A stretch of 56,931 bases of DNA, filler included, from Sphacelaria rigidula (GCA_964200075.2; 7 parts of 7 records of this genome joined end to end with filler, not necessarily neighbours in it), one strand, 5' to 3'; shown: positions 11,428 to 24,343, counted from the whole stretch's first letter. A program made the numbers and translations. Notes: generated by a model not told the origin, from the sequence alone.

Positions 11428-11841
11428 CCCCCATTCCCCACCGTGCGAGGCGCGATTCAAGTGCCGGAGACGGAGGCCAAGAGGGGAAGCGACGACGAGG
11501 CCGAGGATGGCGATGCTCTTGCGGAAGCCATGCAACGGATCCGTGTAACGTTTGACGTTCGAGTAGGGGGCGGAACAGATGGCGGCAAAACCGAACAATC
11601 AGCGAAGGGGAGCTCCGACAAGAATGCCGGCTTCGGGGGCATGGGTATGAGCGGCTTGGCCGCAAACGGGAGAGTTGTCTCCGGAATTTTTCCTGGGATT
11701 GTTCCCGCGTCGACGACGAGGGTGGAATTGCCGACAACATCCAAGGCGTCGACAACTTTCTCCACCCGTGGAGTTATTAACCCCATCGGAGACAACACTG
11801 AATTTGTGGCGCGGTCGAGTCGACACTTATGCGTGTTGTGA
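11428..11841 (+). CDS. RVxF-motif protein, probable exon 3 (boundaries uncertain)
   Basis: cacag| acceptor in phase 0; encodes ...SDDEAEDGDALAEAMQRIRVTFDVRV... Confidence 0.55.
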   Translation, partial: PPFPTVRGAIQVPETEAKRGSDDEAEDGDALAEAMQRIRVTFDVRVGGGTDGGKTEQSAKGSSDKNAGFGGMGMSGLAANGRVVSGIFPGIVPASTTRVELPTTSKASTTFSTRGVINPIGDNTEFVARSSRHLCVL

Positions 11842-14800
11842 CAAAACAATCTTTTTGAACGGACTTACGTCTCGGGAGTTGAGGGGAGAAAATTGAAACT
11901 CTTCAACATTTCGTATTTATGTGTATGTTAATGTTTTAGTTTTCTCCTCTTTCTTCGTTTTTCCTTTTTTTTTTTTTAACTTTTGTCCTTCTTTAATTGT
12001 TTCACCTTTCCTTCTTTCCGTTGTTGTCCTGAGTGTTTTCGATTCCTTAATTTTTTTTTCTCGATAAGTTTAGCGCTCCTCGCCGCCGTCGAGTTTGTGG
12101 GTTGTAGCTTGGTACAAAACCAGGTTTTTTATAACCACCGTACGGTATGATTTCATGGTGACAAATCTACCGCCTGGAGTCTGACGGCGCGTGTTTCGTG
12201 GGAAGGTACCCATGCGATATATCCTTTTTTTTGTTGCGGATAGGAGAGTCTGCTGAGTTCGTTGTCCTTTTCATCTCCTTCCTCCTTGCGCGCAGGACGC
12301 GATCAGGTGAAGAGCGAACATGTATTTGTATTTGATTGGAGGATGGCGGCCGCGTAGAACCGGACTGTACCGGCGTAGTAGTAGTAGCCGCTACTTCTGG
12401 TGCGACTAGTACTACTACCGAGGAACCTTTGAAGAGACGATGGTGCCTGTCATTGCGTCTGATCTAGTCGGCACCGTTTTCCCCTCATCGACTAGTGACA
12501 CAGTTGTTCACTCTCTTGTCTGATTGTACATATCGCGGAATAAGACAGGAATTAGCCTCTGCTGTTGCCATAATTTATTTTTCTCGTTAAGAGACTGGTG
12601 AACCTTGCATTATTCCTGCATAGCTGGAAAGGGAGGGTAGCGAAACGGAGGAGGCGAAGTGTGGACAGACCAACAAGACGGCGAGCATGCAGAAGACGCA
12701 TTTGAAGAATTGACGTAAATCATAGATGAACGTGAAACACAGGCGGAGCGGGAGGGGGATTGGGGGCGAGGGGGGGGGGGGGAAGGCAGATAGATGGCGC
12801 GCGAGAGTCTTCTCGTCCCTCCCTTGAGGTTTATGTTGCACAATACAGTTCAATGTTTTTATATCATTGAAGAGGCTGTTAAATGGCACGGATCGAGTGT
12901 CTACTCCGTGGCCACTACTGTGCATTGGTGAGGGATGGGATAGGGTCTAGAGTGGTGTGTGGGTGGGTACGTGCGTGGGTGGAAGGTGTTGTATCTTTTC
13001 CTGTAACAGTGTGGCGGACAAGGGGATGGGTAGGGAAACGGAAGATATCGGAGTGTCATGTACTGCATCTGACGTTGTGTGAGACGTTGAGGTAGCGAGT
13101 GAGACGAGTGCCTTCCCGCCACTATTTTGACTCCAGGCCTGCGGAGATCCCTTGACACATGCTGGTCTCCTGGGAGGGGTCACACGGTAAAAATAGGGCA
13201 CAGACAAGAAAGGAGAGATAACCTCCTCGGTGTGTGAACCTCGTGTGTTTCGTGTGCGTTCGAAGAAAAACTTGTGTTGTGCATGCATGTGCATACTCCA
13301 TATATACGTTTTTTGTGGTTTTCGCACAAAAAAGAACGATGGAAAAGAAAAAGAAAAATATTCGGGCATCGATGCATGCGACCTTAACTTTCCATGTGTT
13401 TTCGAAGGTTGTATGCATCTATTGGGGGAAGCGTAGGACAGCGCGAGTATTATTAATCAAATATTGCTCAGGGAAAGACGGAGTCAACTCATGACGGATG
13501 AAATTTGGAACGGGCTCCGGGCGTCCTTTAGCGGAGGAAACTGCAGCCAGGCGATGGGTTCAAGGTTTGAGGCATGTTTCAGATCAAATGGGACTGGGTA
13601 GGGGGCGATGAGGAACGTGCATGGCAGCACGGGGCACAGCAAGTTAATTTAAGTACGGGTGAGGTATTGGTGGGCAGTACGGGTGAAATGACCTGGTTGC
13701 TTATTGGGACGATGTTTGGTTGGTATTTCTCAATTTTCCAGCCGCACAACAGGAGAGACCCCCAAAAGTTACAGTCCACACTTTACACTTGTGTCAGTGT
13801 TGACGGTGCATTTTATATATATTTTTCTGACCAGCCGTCGGAACCTTCAGCTGAGAGCAAATGAAGCGACAACGGCGGGTATTCACGTCTACATTATAAT
13901 TATGGTCATCACCTTGCGTCGTTTTCTTTTTACTTCTCTTGTCTTGCCCCCACAATATGTGAAATGACTGTAGAAGACGTGAAAATAGGCGTGAGTAGTG
14001 GTGGCGATTGTCTTCTATTCCTTTTTTTCGTTGCTTCGTGTTGAAAAGCCTTGCCTTTCAGTTTCGCAGATGAGGGGTAAAGTTCGCCTAAAGAGTGTAT
14101 TTGCAGTTGTTTTCCCCCAATGTATGTAGTAGGCATGGTTTCTGTTGTCTTCGAGAGCGAGAGGATGTGGGGTAATCAGGCCGGTTTGGGCAAAATGCCG
14201 AAAATCGAAAATTGCTAGTTTTAGTCCTAGAGTCTTCCCGACCTGGTTGATTGTCGTTGGGTCTTTTAGAAGTGATGAGTTCATCTTTGTGGCGAAATTG
14301 TCATGATCCCATTCGTGGAGGGATGATTTGGGTCGATAAATTGTGCCTGCCTTTAATGTTGATTTGGACTGGCGTTCATTTGATGTTGCATTGTACTGTT
14401 TTCTGACTTCTTTTTGCCCTTCCTGCTAGAAGGACTACCTCGGATGATGTGTTGAAAGGCCCGATTGCACTGTTGTCGTGGAAAGAGGAAAGTAGTGGTC
14501 AATCAAATTGCTGTGTGTAGTAGTAAGTCAACGTTGTGTGGACGAGCGTGGGTGGGTGATTAGTGAGCGTGGTGCGCATGGGCAGCGATGCTTCCTTTGG
14601 AGGTGTTGCCCCCCTAGCCGTATCTTGAATAATGATGTTGACGACTGGGTCGTATTTAGTTGGTGTGGGCGACTGGGTGACTGCCCAATAACCTTTGGTC
14701 CTTTTCCCCTCGTATTGACACTCTCGACTGTTTCTTCTTGTTTTTGGAACCAACGATGATGACTCATCCATGAAGTTGTATCGTGCACGAGCTAGGTATT

Positions 14801-16196
14801 TTTGTCTGGTTTTGTGAATCCCGTCATCTGAGAGTAACGGTTACGGGAGGTGTCTTCGGTCGAACGAGGCGAGGAACATTCCCTGCCTGTTCAACATAAG
14901 TGGGTTACGTTGTCGAGGTTTCGTACGTGGCTATGTGCATACATATCGCTCAACGTATACCTGTTGCGTGGTTTTTCCATTTTGGTCGTTAGAAATACAA
15001 GTGTGACAGGGGCAGGGCGAGTTGAACAAATATTCGATGAACACCTAACAGCACTCCCGGGAGCTACATCGACCAGCGCATGCTCATTTTGCCAAGGATA
15101 CCATTTACCCTGCCCCCCTGCCCCTATGCTCGAGGACTTTCGGTCCACCTGTCGGAGGTTGGGGTTAGGGTTGGAGTTCATCAACCTTGAGGCTTGAAAA
15201 GTATGTTCATGCATGGAGCAGTTTGGCATGGTGTCGGAAAAGAGGGCGGCTCAAGTCACGCAACTGCATGTATTTCAAAAGAGACCCAAAACGCCCGCAT
15301 TCTTCATGATTTCAACAGTAGTAGCTGTGGACTGTTTTCCAGTGAGCCTCCAGGGAAACAACAAAGTTTGAAACGGATCCGTGCGATAGTGCAACAGCGG
15401 AAAATCGGCAGCGATCATCTCTCCTGTCATTTTCAAGGGTCTGGAGCAGAAAAAATCACGTACGTGCGTGATCTCGAAGGAATGTACGAGTTCACCAAAA
15501 GTAGCCGTCAACCCCAAGAATCCAGCAAAACTGGCATGAAGAGTGATGCCTCGATAGCCACTCCAGATACAAAACTGTAGCGAAGAAAATGGTCATAAAG
15601 CGCATAACAGCTGGTTTCAGACTGCATGAAGTGCCTCACACGGGTGACGTTGTCGGCGAAACAAAACCAAGCGTGGGAGTTCCAAGTTGCTCGCGGTGTG
15701 CTCGGCTTTTGTCATGTAATTGATTTACATGTACTGTATATGTATGTCATTTTTGCCTCATCGAACCAGCAGCTTCTCTGCGGGGGGTTTATCGCGGCAT
15801 TAACCTGAAGAGCAGATTAATATTTCGCAAGGACCCGGTCAACCTCGGGCTTCATTTTCGGATCACGTTTGAAAATTATGTCTCCGATATTCCTTTCGAC
15901 ATCACCCTGGGAAATGGAGGAATGAAATGCATGATTTTTATAATTTCATGAATATGAGGCATTCGATGGTCGGAGACCCGAAGGTACGTACCGGTGAGAC
16001 CGCGCAAAATATTTTTCTCCATGACGCGGGTAGCCATAAGAGGAGGTTTAGTTTGTGTGATCACGTGTGAATAGTAGTAGCATCTCCAACAACGTTTTCT
16101 TGAGATATAGAGTACATAATATGATTGAGTGATGCTACGGTAGGGGTACAGAAAAAAATTTGAGGTTAGAGTTGTTAGGAGCCCCTTATCTCATCC

Positions 16197-16296
16197 NNNN
16201 NNNNNNNNNNNNNNNNNNNNNNNNNNNNNNNNNNNNNNNNTTAATTAATTAANNNNNNNNNNNNNNNNNNNNNNNNNNNNNNNNNNNNNNNNNNNN
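16197..16296. other. Artificial scaffold spacer
   Basis: N44-ttaattaattaa-N44. Confidence 0.98.
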
Positions 16297-16396
16297 CGAG
16301 TCATGGGGATTCATTCATCACTAGTCGACTTATTATACTAAAACCAAGTAATTTCCTGATGAATCAATATTTGTCCTAACCGTGCAACTTTGTTTT

Positions 16397-16606
16397 ACTT
16401 CACGATCGACGAGGGAAAGGGACCGCAAAACCTCTATTGCGATAAAAAATAAAGGCAAGCGCCGCAAAAAGAACGTGAACTACAAAAAAATGTGCTGTAT
16501 TGGCTTTCCTCCTGTGTGACCCTGGCTGGTGCGCCTGTAGGCACATATACCGAAAGGTGTAGACCGGCGTCCAGAATAAATGGGATGGCAACATACACAA
16601 TAACAC
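16397..16606 (+). mobile_element. 5'-truncated tRNA-derived SINE
   Basis: ttcacgatcgacgagggaaagggacc...cgtccagaataaatgggatggcaacatacac matches the body and tail of the 54220-54576 element. Confidence 0.75.
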
Positions 16607-16999
16607 ACGTAGTGCATCTGTTCAGTCAGCGTCAATTCCACTTGAAAAATGGCTGCATGACCAAATGAGCTACCCCCGCGCTCAACGAGTGGCCTTGCGG
16701 TACATACAGGTACATACGTTCCTGTACACATCGCTTGTTACGGAAGCCAACTCCGAACACCGCGAGTGATCCTGAGAATGATGTACGCGTCAAAACAGCC
16801 GCCGGTTCACGCTTTTATTAACGTTTTTTGTTTTTTCCGTTCAACTATGGTCTTCACTTTCAAGTGTAGTGTTGCACGAAAAATCCGTGTAGCATCAGGA
16901 GTGTCTCGTGTTGAACTATTGTATCGACTGCAAACACGCGAGACCATTTGACACTGCGCCCGTCCCCACCCCCTGCGCTTGACGCTTGTGAAACGGCAG

Positions 17000-17091
17000 A
17001 TAAGCGTCAAGGACTCGAGGATCAGGGAGCTGGAATCTACCAACTCGGATCTCAAGAGCCGCCTCGAGCAGACCGTTGCTGATCTCCAAAG
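17000..17091 (+). CDS. Coiled-coil protein, exon a
   Basis: cag|ISVKDSRIRELESTNSDLKSRLEQTVADLQ(R)|gtatgg; phase 2 matches the exon at 19871. Confidence 0.8.
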
Positions 17092-18011
17092 GTATGGTAC
17101 TCTTCTCTTCCCAACGGCCGACAGTTATCGGGGGAGAGAGAGCTAGTACTCGTCGGCAATCGGACACACTTGATGCTTGACTGCGTGCACTTGTGAATAA
17201 ATGATGACTCCTGGACAGACGCTGGTGACCATCCAGCCATTCATCCCTTCTCGCCTCAAAAATTTATTTTCAACGCACTTTGCTGTTGAACAGTAGTTGC
17301 AATTGATCGCTATATATGAACATGGGTTTGGTCCACTGTAGTCTGTCGCGGCTGTCGCCAAAACGCCATCAGAGATGTCACAAGCTTTGAAACGTGATGT
17401 TATCCACCGGACTGGGCTAAGAGGTGACGCTCTTGATTGTGTTTGAACACACTCGAATGGCCTAATGCCGCTTTCGGAATGGGATGCAGTTCCGCAGCCG
17501 GTCTGAATCAAGCGTTCCCCTCTCCTTTATTTTTGTGAAACTTGAAACGTGCATTTTGTTTCAAACAAGAGAGGAGAGGTTACGCAATTCAGTGTCCTGC
17601 TTTTTATCCCACATGTGGGGAAGAGATTGGCTTTGTTAACGAGCAACTTTACACGAATGGGAGCACAGATAAGAGATGGACGCTGGCGCTCCACATCCGG
17701 GTGAAGAGCCCACGGACATGTGCTGCTTCTACTTTGTCCCAACTCGCCCCCTTCCAAGCTAGGATTATGTTCGTCACTTAAATTGCCTAGAAATGGAACT
17801 TTTCAATCGTGCATTGGCATACGTACCGCAATAGCCTCAAGAAACGATGCGACGTAGAAGAGTCAACACGATGGCATCGGGATAACCAACGGGTCAATCC
17901 ATTCCCCCCCCTCCCCCCCCCTCCTCCCCCCCCCCCAAGCGGGGGGTTGCGCCAACGCAAGTCGGAGACACGAAGCAAAAAACGACAGCGACCAACCCAC
18001 CNNNNNNNNNN

Positions 18012-18081
18012 AAAGGGATGCGTGGTCAATGGTCAAATGACTAAGGCAAGCAACAAATGAGTACGCCCCCCCCCTCCCCCC
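18012..18081 (+). mobile_element. Poly(C)-tailed LINE 3' end (copy 3)
   Basis: aaagggatgcgtggtcaatgg...aaaTGAgtacg followed by a C-run; preceded by an N10 gap. Confidence 0.85.
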
Positions 18082-18180
18082 TTAAATCTTCGAATTTTTA
18101 GGGGGGGAACAAGGTTCTCTGCCAAAATGCGAGAACAAATTTCATCAGGTCAGCCAATAGATCAATGTAAGACTGACTGC

Positions 18181-18222
18181 TGGGGGATTAGTTAAAGTGC
18201 GTAAATAAAATAAAATAAAATC
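18181..18222 (+). mobile_element. 42-nt retroposon 3' remnant with 12-bp TSD
   Basis: aagactgactgc duplicated at 18169-18180 and 18223-18234; insert ends in (taaaa)n. Confidence 0.6.
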
Positions 18223-19870
18223 AAGACTGACTGCAGATCTCTCCGGAAATCTAGCGTCGGAAGTATTTTTGAGTATTGTGTTTTTGGAAGAAATCGGGAA
18301 AGTGACCCAATTTTTGAAAATAGAAGTGAGAGATAATTTGGAAAAATTGCACCGTTAGTGATGGCCTAAAAGTGACTCAAAATTCATGACGGATGGGCCA
18401 AAATACTCCTCTAGTGAAATGGTTAGACATTGGTTGGAGGTTCCCTGACACCTGTGTTCCTGGCGATTTTCAGACGGTAACCGAATGGGACCACAAGTAG
18501 TCGGTTCTCAAAAAGAAACTTCCGTTTTTCCCTTGTTTCGGGGCTATTGGTTTCTCGGCACCCGTGTAATCGACGTCACGAGGAGACCTTGCTCCCTTCA
18601 TGTATGTTTGTCTCGCTGTCGATCACTATTCAGAAAATTGATTTGGTCCGTGAGCATACCATATTATTTAACGAAAACAATACCGTTCGAGTATATTGTT
18701 GATGTTGGTCATGATCCAGAGGTCGGATTTTGGTCCTAAATCATATCGCCTTCGACCTCAGAAACGCTGTTTGAAGTGCATTAATTCGTAGCATTTGTTG
18801 CCATCATCCCAAGGTGGGGTTTGGATCCCCGAGCATATACCGCAATGTTCTTTATATTTGTGCCGCTTTTCCCAAGCTCATGTCTTGTGCTATTACTGTG
18901 CCTTCGTTTTTTTTTCTCTCGAAGAAACGAGGAAATCTCACCGAACATTTGCCCCGCGAACGGGGTCGTGTCCCGTCTCCCCGGAGGCCCACCTAGACTC
19001 ACCGTGCGGCGGTCATATGGGGTAGGCATCTCGAGCGTTCGCAAAGCTTTGCTCAATGCAGTGTGGGAGTTGGATTCACTGGAACCCCTGCCAAGTTGAC
19101 GTATGTCACGCGGGCCGCCCTTCTCTCATGAGTTTCGGTTGTTAGTTCTGCGAATTGATGCCCTGAGACAAGGGACTCGTCCCGAGGAGGGGGTTGGGTT
19201 GAAAGTGTAGCGAGAAAAATAAGTGAATGAAGAGTATCATGCTCTCTGGTCAGGCAATCCATGATATAAATACCATGTCACTATAGTCGATCGAATAAGC
19301 CGAACTATCAATCGATCAGGGAAATGAGAAGGGTAGGAGCACTGCCTAGTCCCTGAGATGAAGACCTGTGGCTCATGGGGCAAGCCAGCGCTGTGCTTTG
19401 CAGCGAGTCAGAGTGACGGACGGGATGTGTTTCTCCTGGTCTCGAGTGAGATGATGGATGACCACTGCTGCGACCCCCCCCCCTCCCCCTTTAGGATAAG
19501 GGTTACGTGCGACAGAAATGACATGGACGGGGGTTCAAGTCGGAGTCTCGCTGAGACAGGCTGACCCAATCATGGCAGTGCTTGTTTGTCAGAAGGAGCA
19601 AACTACGAATACAGGGTGTGTAAAAATATGAAATCGAACCATTCCCTTCCTCCTTTTTCGGTAGCACGAGAACTGACTCTGTTTTGATGACAGCATTGGT
19701 GTAAAAAAACAGGCCACTCGTGTATCAAAAGAAAATATGTCAAGACAAACCGATGCATTACTCTGTGGTAGTGTGTGATGGTTGTAGTCGCAGCGTCCGC
19801 CTACCCCCCGTCCCCCCTGTCTTCATGACCACCACGCCGCAAAATCATCCCGAAATCCTGCTGGAAATAG

Positions 19871-20009
19871 GGAAAAGGATGAGAGGGTGGCAGCGCAAGC
19901 CAAGGTGGACGCGAACGTGGGCCTTCTGGCGGACAGAGAAGCTGCTCTCAGAACGGTAGATGAGCTACGAAGGCAGAGCAAGAAGCAGGAGGACCTCTTC
20001 GATGCTCTG
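19871..20009 (+). CDS. Coiled-coil protein, exon b
   Basis: atag|(R)EKDERVAAQAKVDANVGLLADREAALRTVDELRRQSKKQEDLFDAL|gtaaga. Confidence 0.8.
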
Positions 20010-20382
20010 GTAAGACGGGTGTCCAGTTCATTGACTGGGAATGTGTGTGGGTTCGTCTTGTTTTTTTAGGCTCTTGGTTTTGGGTGTTGAGAATTTTATC
20101 TCACTGCTGCCATCAATGTGGTCAGTTTTTTTTTTTTTTTTTTTTTTTTCTTTTCCTCCCCCCCTCTTCCCACTGTAAAACAGAGCAGATATAAACATGT
20201 ATTTTTTAGTCCAAATGCCGGCCCCTCCGCGCGCCTATGGTGTAACGGTACAACAGAAACCATTGGGGCGGGAAGCAAGTGGTTCGATTTCCGCCAGATT
20301 TGTCTAGTTTGGCTTTCCTCTCACAAGTATCTGATTTCCGCAGTTGAACGCGTGAGGATGTGAGCAGCAAGAACATCCTATA

Positions 20383-20808
20383 TAAGAGCCTGGATCCGTT
20401 TTTGAGGTTCAACATTTTGATGAATTTCAACTCGAAAACAGTGCTTTCCCCGACCTAGAGTCATGACCAATGAATTTCACATGGACGACCTCCTGCCCCC
20501 CGACCTCCTAAAAATTATTCTCGGGGGTTGCCCGTCTTCCGTGCCCTCAAAGTGTACATGCGAAAGCACCTATTTCGAGCTAAAAACGTCCCCTGTTTCG
20601 CCCAGATATCGAGGCGAAGAGGTGCTTTCGCATATACGCTTTGGGGGCACGGAAGACAGGCAACCCCCAAAAATAGTATGAGGGAGGTCGGGGGGCATGA
20701 GGTCGTCCATGTGAAATTCATTAGTCATGACTCTAGGTCAGGGAAAGCACTGTTTTCGAGTTGAAACTCACTAAAATGTTGAACCTCAAAAATTGATCCG
20801 GGCTGTTA
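20383..20808. mobile_element. Foldback/MITE with about 125-bp TIRs
   Basis: 20383-20508 is a near-perfect reverse complement of 20682-20808; related termini near 1240-1315 and 24444-24500. Confidence 0.85.
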
Positions 20809-20898
20809 CATGTGGTTGAGTTTCTTGAGACGACGCGGTGCAGTAGTGCTGGCCATGATTCAAATCCTTTATTCCAAAATCTTAACGCGTGTCCCGGA

Positions 20899-21026
20899 GG
20901 GGGGGCGTACTCATTTGTTGCTTGCCTTAGTCGTTTGACCATTGACCACGCATCCCTTTCGAGACGGAGCACCGTTCCTACTCCTAATAGAGACACCTCC
21001 AACATTCTGGCGCTCATTACTTTCTT
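20899..21026 (-). mobile_element. Poly(C)-tailed LINE insertion (copy 4)
   Basis: Minus strand encodes NERQNVGGVSIRSRNGAPSRKGCVVNGQTTKASNK*; imperfect TSD gtgtcccggag (20889) / gtgtccggggg (21027). Confidence 0.85.
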
Positions 21027-21548
21027 GTGTCCGGGGGAGAGATCGATGGGTCGGTCCCTCGAGGCCATGGACTCGTTCCGAGGAAGGGAGAGGAGTGAGA
21101 TTCAAGTATATTCGAATGAAAATTCTAGCCCATAAAATGAATATTGATGCGATAATCAACACATTTTTGTCAGTACAAAATACGACGGAGCATTCGGGTA
21201 CCGTGTAGTGTTTCGGTTACTGTCATGATAGTTTTCTTGTGTTACTTTTTTCCGAGAGGCAAATAATGAGAGCAACGCAAACATGGTCCAACTACTTTCA
21301 CTGCCATTTAACCACAACAAATCGATTTGTTTAAACCGTCATCGCAGCTTCTTTGGCGAAATAGCCGATTCTCCTACAATTTGTCGACTATAATAGCATT
21401 GCAGCGGTCACGAAATGGCGGCCAGTCACTGGCTCATCTGAAGCCGGAAATCAGTAGACCTAGAGGTTTGGTCTTATATATCTATGGTTGACGACATGAT
21501 TACTTGATTCTAGACTTGAGAAAGTTTAAAGAAAAATTACGGTTCGGG

Positions 21549-21808
21549 ACAGGTGAGCAATGGACCCAGCTCGTCCAAAACGCGTTTTTGTCGAAATCGG
21601 CTCCTGCAGCATCTATTCGAGATCTGCCAACTCACAATTTGCCCAGGGGAACCTATGCATCCGCCTTGCCCGAGGGTCTCGTCCGCCTTGGGTCGGGGTT
21701 GGGGTTGGGGTTGGCGTTATTGTTAGTTTGTTCGAAAATCAACCGTAGATTTTCGACCAAAACTCTAGGTCGCCTCCCGGGAATAGCGGGGTCCCACGTG
21801 TACCCACC
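21549..21808. repeat. Dispersed repeat with hairpin and (GGGGTT)n core, degenerate terminal inverted repeats
   Basis: Homologous to 8555-8800; ends ggtgagcaatggacccagct and agcggggtcccacgtgtacccacc are partly complementary. Confidence 0.6.
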
Positions 21809-22207
21809 GAATGGATGATGACGGTCTCATGACGCGTTACCCCAAGATACGAGTACGAAGATTGAGGCCGTGTCTTACCGAGAGAAAATACAAAGCGAGA
21901 AAAGGAACACATGTCCAAAAGCAACATGTTGATCGATCGCCGGGCGGGTCTGTGGTTGCGGTGTCTAAGGAACATGCTGCTTTTGGACGCTTGTTCCTTC
22001 TCCCGCTTCTTTTCTTTCTTTCGGGAAGACACGGCCGCAGGAGCGGTCGCTTCTTGAAAGGAAAATTCTTGAACCAGGTCGTTGGGGTTTAGATCCGACG
22101 AGTTCTTGGCTCTGGTTCTGGGTTTATTATAACGCCGTTGTGCAGGTATCCTGAGGTCTTGGGGCGCTGGGCCGCTGAGAGTCACCGCGTGTATCAGCGA
22201 GCCAATG

Positions 22208-22736
22208 CAGTAGTTGGCGGTCTAACTATTCATTTTGCGGCATCTTTTGATTTTTTCGTAATTGGCGATTTTCTTGGGCTTTTTTCGCTTTTCACCGCTT
22301 TTCACCGCTTATCACATCGGGGATCTCAAGATATTTGTATCCGCTCCACATTCCAAGAAGAAAGAACCATCTGTACTCAATATTGAGTGACTTAGGGGCT
22401 GACCGGTCATCGGGGGTGCGGCCACGTTTCAGCCCAGATTCTTACCCTTCTGTATTTTCGGTCGATCGAGCCCGTTCTGAATCATATTTGTCAAGAAATG
22501 TGCAGTTTCATTTTTTTTGAAATTTTGCCAACTCATTGCCCTAGGGCCGAAAAACTGTGTTTGACGGTCAATAACACCCTCCTGATGAACGGGGTATTTA
22601 CTCGCTTCGCCCGATAACACCAACATACACTAACTTGGGCACTGTGTTTCGAGGACGATCTGTTGTGTTGTACAAAAATGTACCGACGCGAAAAAAATCC
22701 CATTACACCCCTAAATGGTTAGACCGCTCACTGCTG
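22208..22736. mobile_element. Tc1/mariner-type MITE (about 530 bp)
   Basis: TIR cagtagttggcggtctaactatt / aatggttagaccgctcactgctg, TA on the right flank; homologous over its length to 25365-25918. Confidence 0.8.
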
Positions 22737-22834
22737 TAAAGATACCGCTGGGATCACTGTACATCTCGCCTAGCTCATCAAAGATATATTGTTTCGTACT
22801 CTTTTGTAGTCGGGAACATCGTTGGGGTGAGGTC

Positions 22835-22867
<33 letters not shown>

Positions 22868-23297
22868 ATTCATATTCAGAACCATTCCAATCTTGATACA
22901 GTGACTACTGTTCACCATCCTTGCGACTCCATCTGATGCGGCCGCCTTCCGTGGTCACAGGCTAACTACCCGACACAAGTCATGAGGAAATCAAGGAAGG
23001 AGTGTTGTCTCACGGCTTTTTGTAAGGAATAGTGTGTAGATTAATGTATCAATGGCCATCACAACGTTTCGTAATTTTGTCGTCGTTATCATTGTTGTTT
23101 TTCACTTTGTCTTCATTGCTCAGACCAGTGGTCGCACGGCACTCACAAAGCCGCGGTTCGCTCATGGAAAACAGAAGAAATTTTAGGGTAGATGGCCTGG
23201 ACAGTTGCTGCGAGTCACACATTTTCAGCGCGAGAATCTGTCGGGGTTCGGGGGTGGGGCTGTGCTCGTATGTGTTTCGCGCTCAAACTTGTTACAG

Positions 23298-23384
23298 GAA
23301 AAAGAGACAGAGGAGCTACGGGCGAAGGTTCGGGAGGTGGAACAGGATCGCTCGGGGGCCGTCCATGACGCAGAGGCCAAAGCG
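23298..23384 (+). CDS. Coiled-coil protein, exon c
   Basis: ttacag|EKETEELRAKVREVEQDRSGAVHDAEAKA|gtgagc, phase 0. Confidence 0.8.
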
Positions 23385-23501
23385 GTGAGCCTTGCCGTGT
23401 GTGACATACTTTAACGTCCGTACGCTAAGTATCACCCCCGTAACCCTATCCTCCGTATTATACGTTCTCAGCTATTGTGGGGTCCATATGAGCAGCTACA
23501 G

Positions 23502-23658
23502 TACTGTGCCGGGGTACGTTGTATAACACCCCCGTGAAAAGCGACCCCCGGTGATACCTTTTCTGTGACTTCTGCTACTGTGCTGGATTACGTTGTATAA
23601 CATCCCCGTGTCAAGCAACCCCCGGTGATACCTTTTCTGTGACTTCTTCTACTGTGCC
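23502..23658. repeat. Tandem duplication of an approximately 74-bp unit
   Basis: tactgtgc...acgttgtataaca...cccccggtgataccttttctgtgacttct present twice. Confidence 0.8.
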
Positions 23659-23793
23659 GCTTCCGACAGTACTGTTCCAGGGTAAGTTCTTACCGCACGA
23701 ATTTGATGTAGACGAAACACCTTCTTTGAGCCTTTTTTTGTTTCTGTAACATTTGTTTTCAATTTTTACGCACGAAAAATAAACAAACGACAG

Positions 23794-23904
23794 CGGGAAG
23801 CAGCTACCGCCACCCGCCGCGCCGACAGCCTCCAGAAGCAATGCACCGATCTGGAGCAGGAATTGGACGAACGTACCAAGGCTTTGGCCGAGTACCGCGG
23901 ACAG
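23794..23904 (+). CDS. Coiled-coil protein, exon d
   Basis: gacag|REAATATRRADSLQKQCTDLEQELDERTKALAEYRGQ|gtgaag. Confidence 0.8.
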
Positions 23905-24293
23905 GTGAAGAGGTCCTTTTTCCATCATTTTTTCATCATGTCCTGAAGAGTAGCATTCACCTGGCTTTTTTTTCTGTCCTGGGTCTTGACAGTTTCGCTC
24001 GTTTTGTTGTCTTTTTTTTTTTCCTCCGGAAACCAAAATTTGGACGACTTTTTTTTCCCGAAGAAGGTACCAGTCGATGTATATTTATACCTGGGTGCTA
24101 TTGCGGTACCCCAACTTTTATTTGCTTTGTACTTCCCTGTTTTCCTTTTTTCGTGTTTCAGGTCGGCCTGTTATTTCTGTGCTTCGCTTGTGTTGTCCTT
24201 TTTTTTCTTTTTTTTTTTGTCATGGCTTCGTCTGCTTTGTCGTTCTGTTCGACTCCTCTTTCTTTTTTTTTCTGTTCCTTTTTTTTTTTTTTT

Positions 24294-24342
<49 letters not shown>

Positions 24343-24343
24343 T

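Noticed and set aside
13500-14800. Strand-biased region suggesting a decayed retroelement
   Set aside because: No recognisable RT, endonuclease or gag motifs in the frames I read; cannot be supported.
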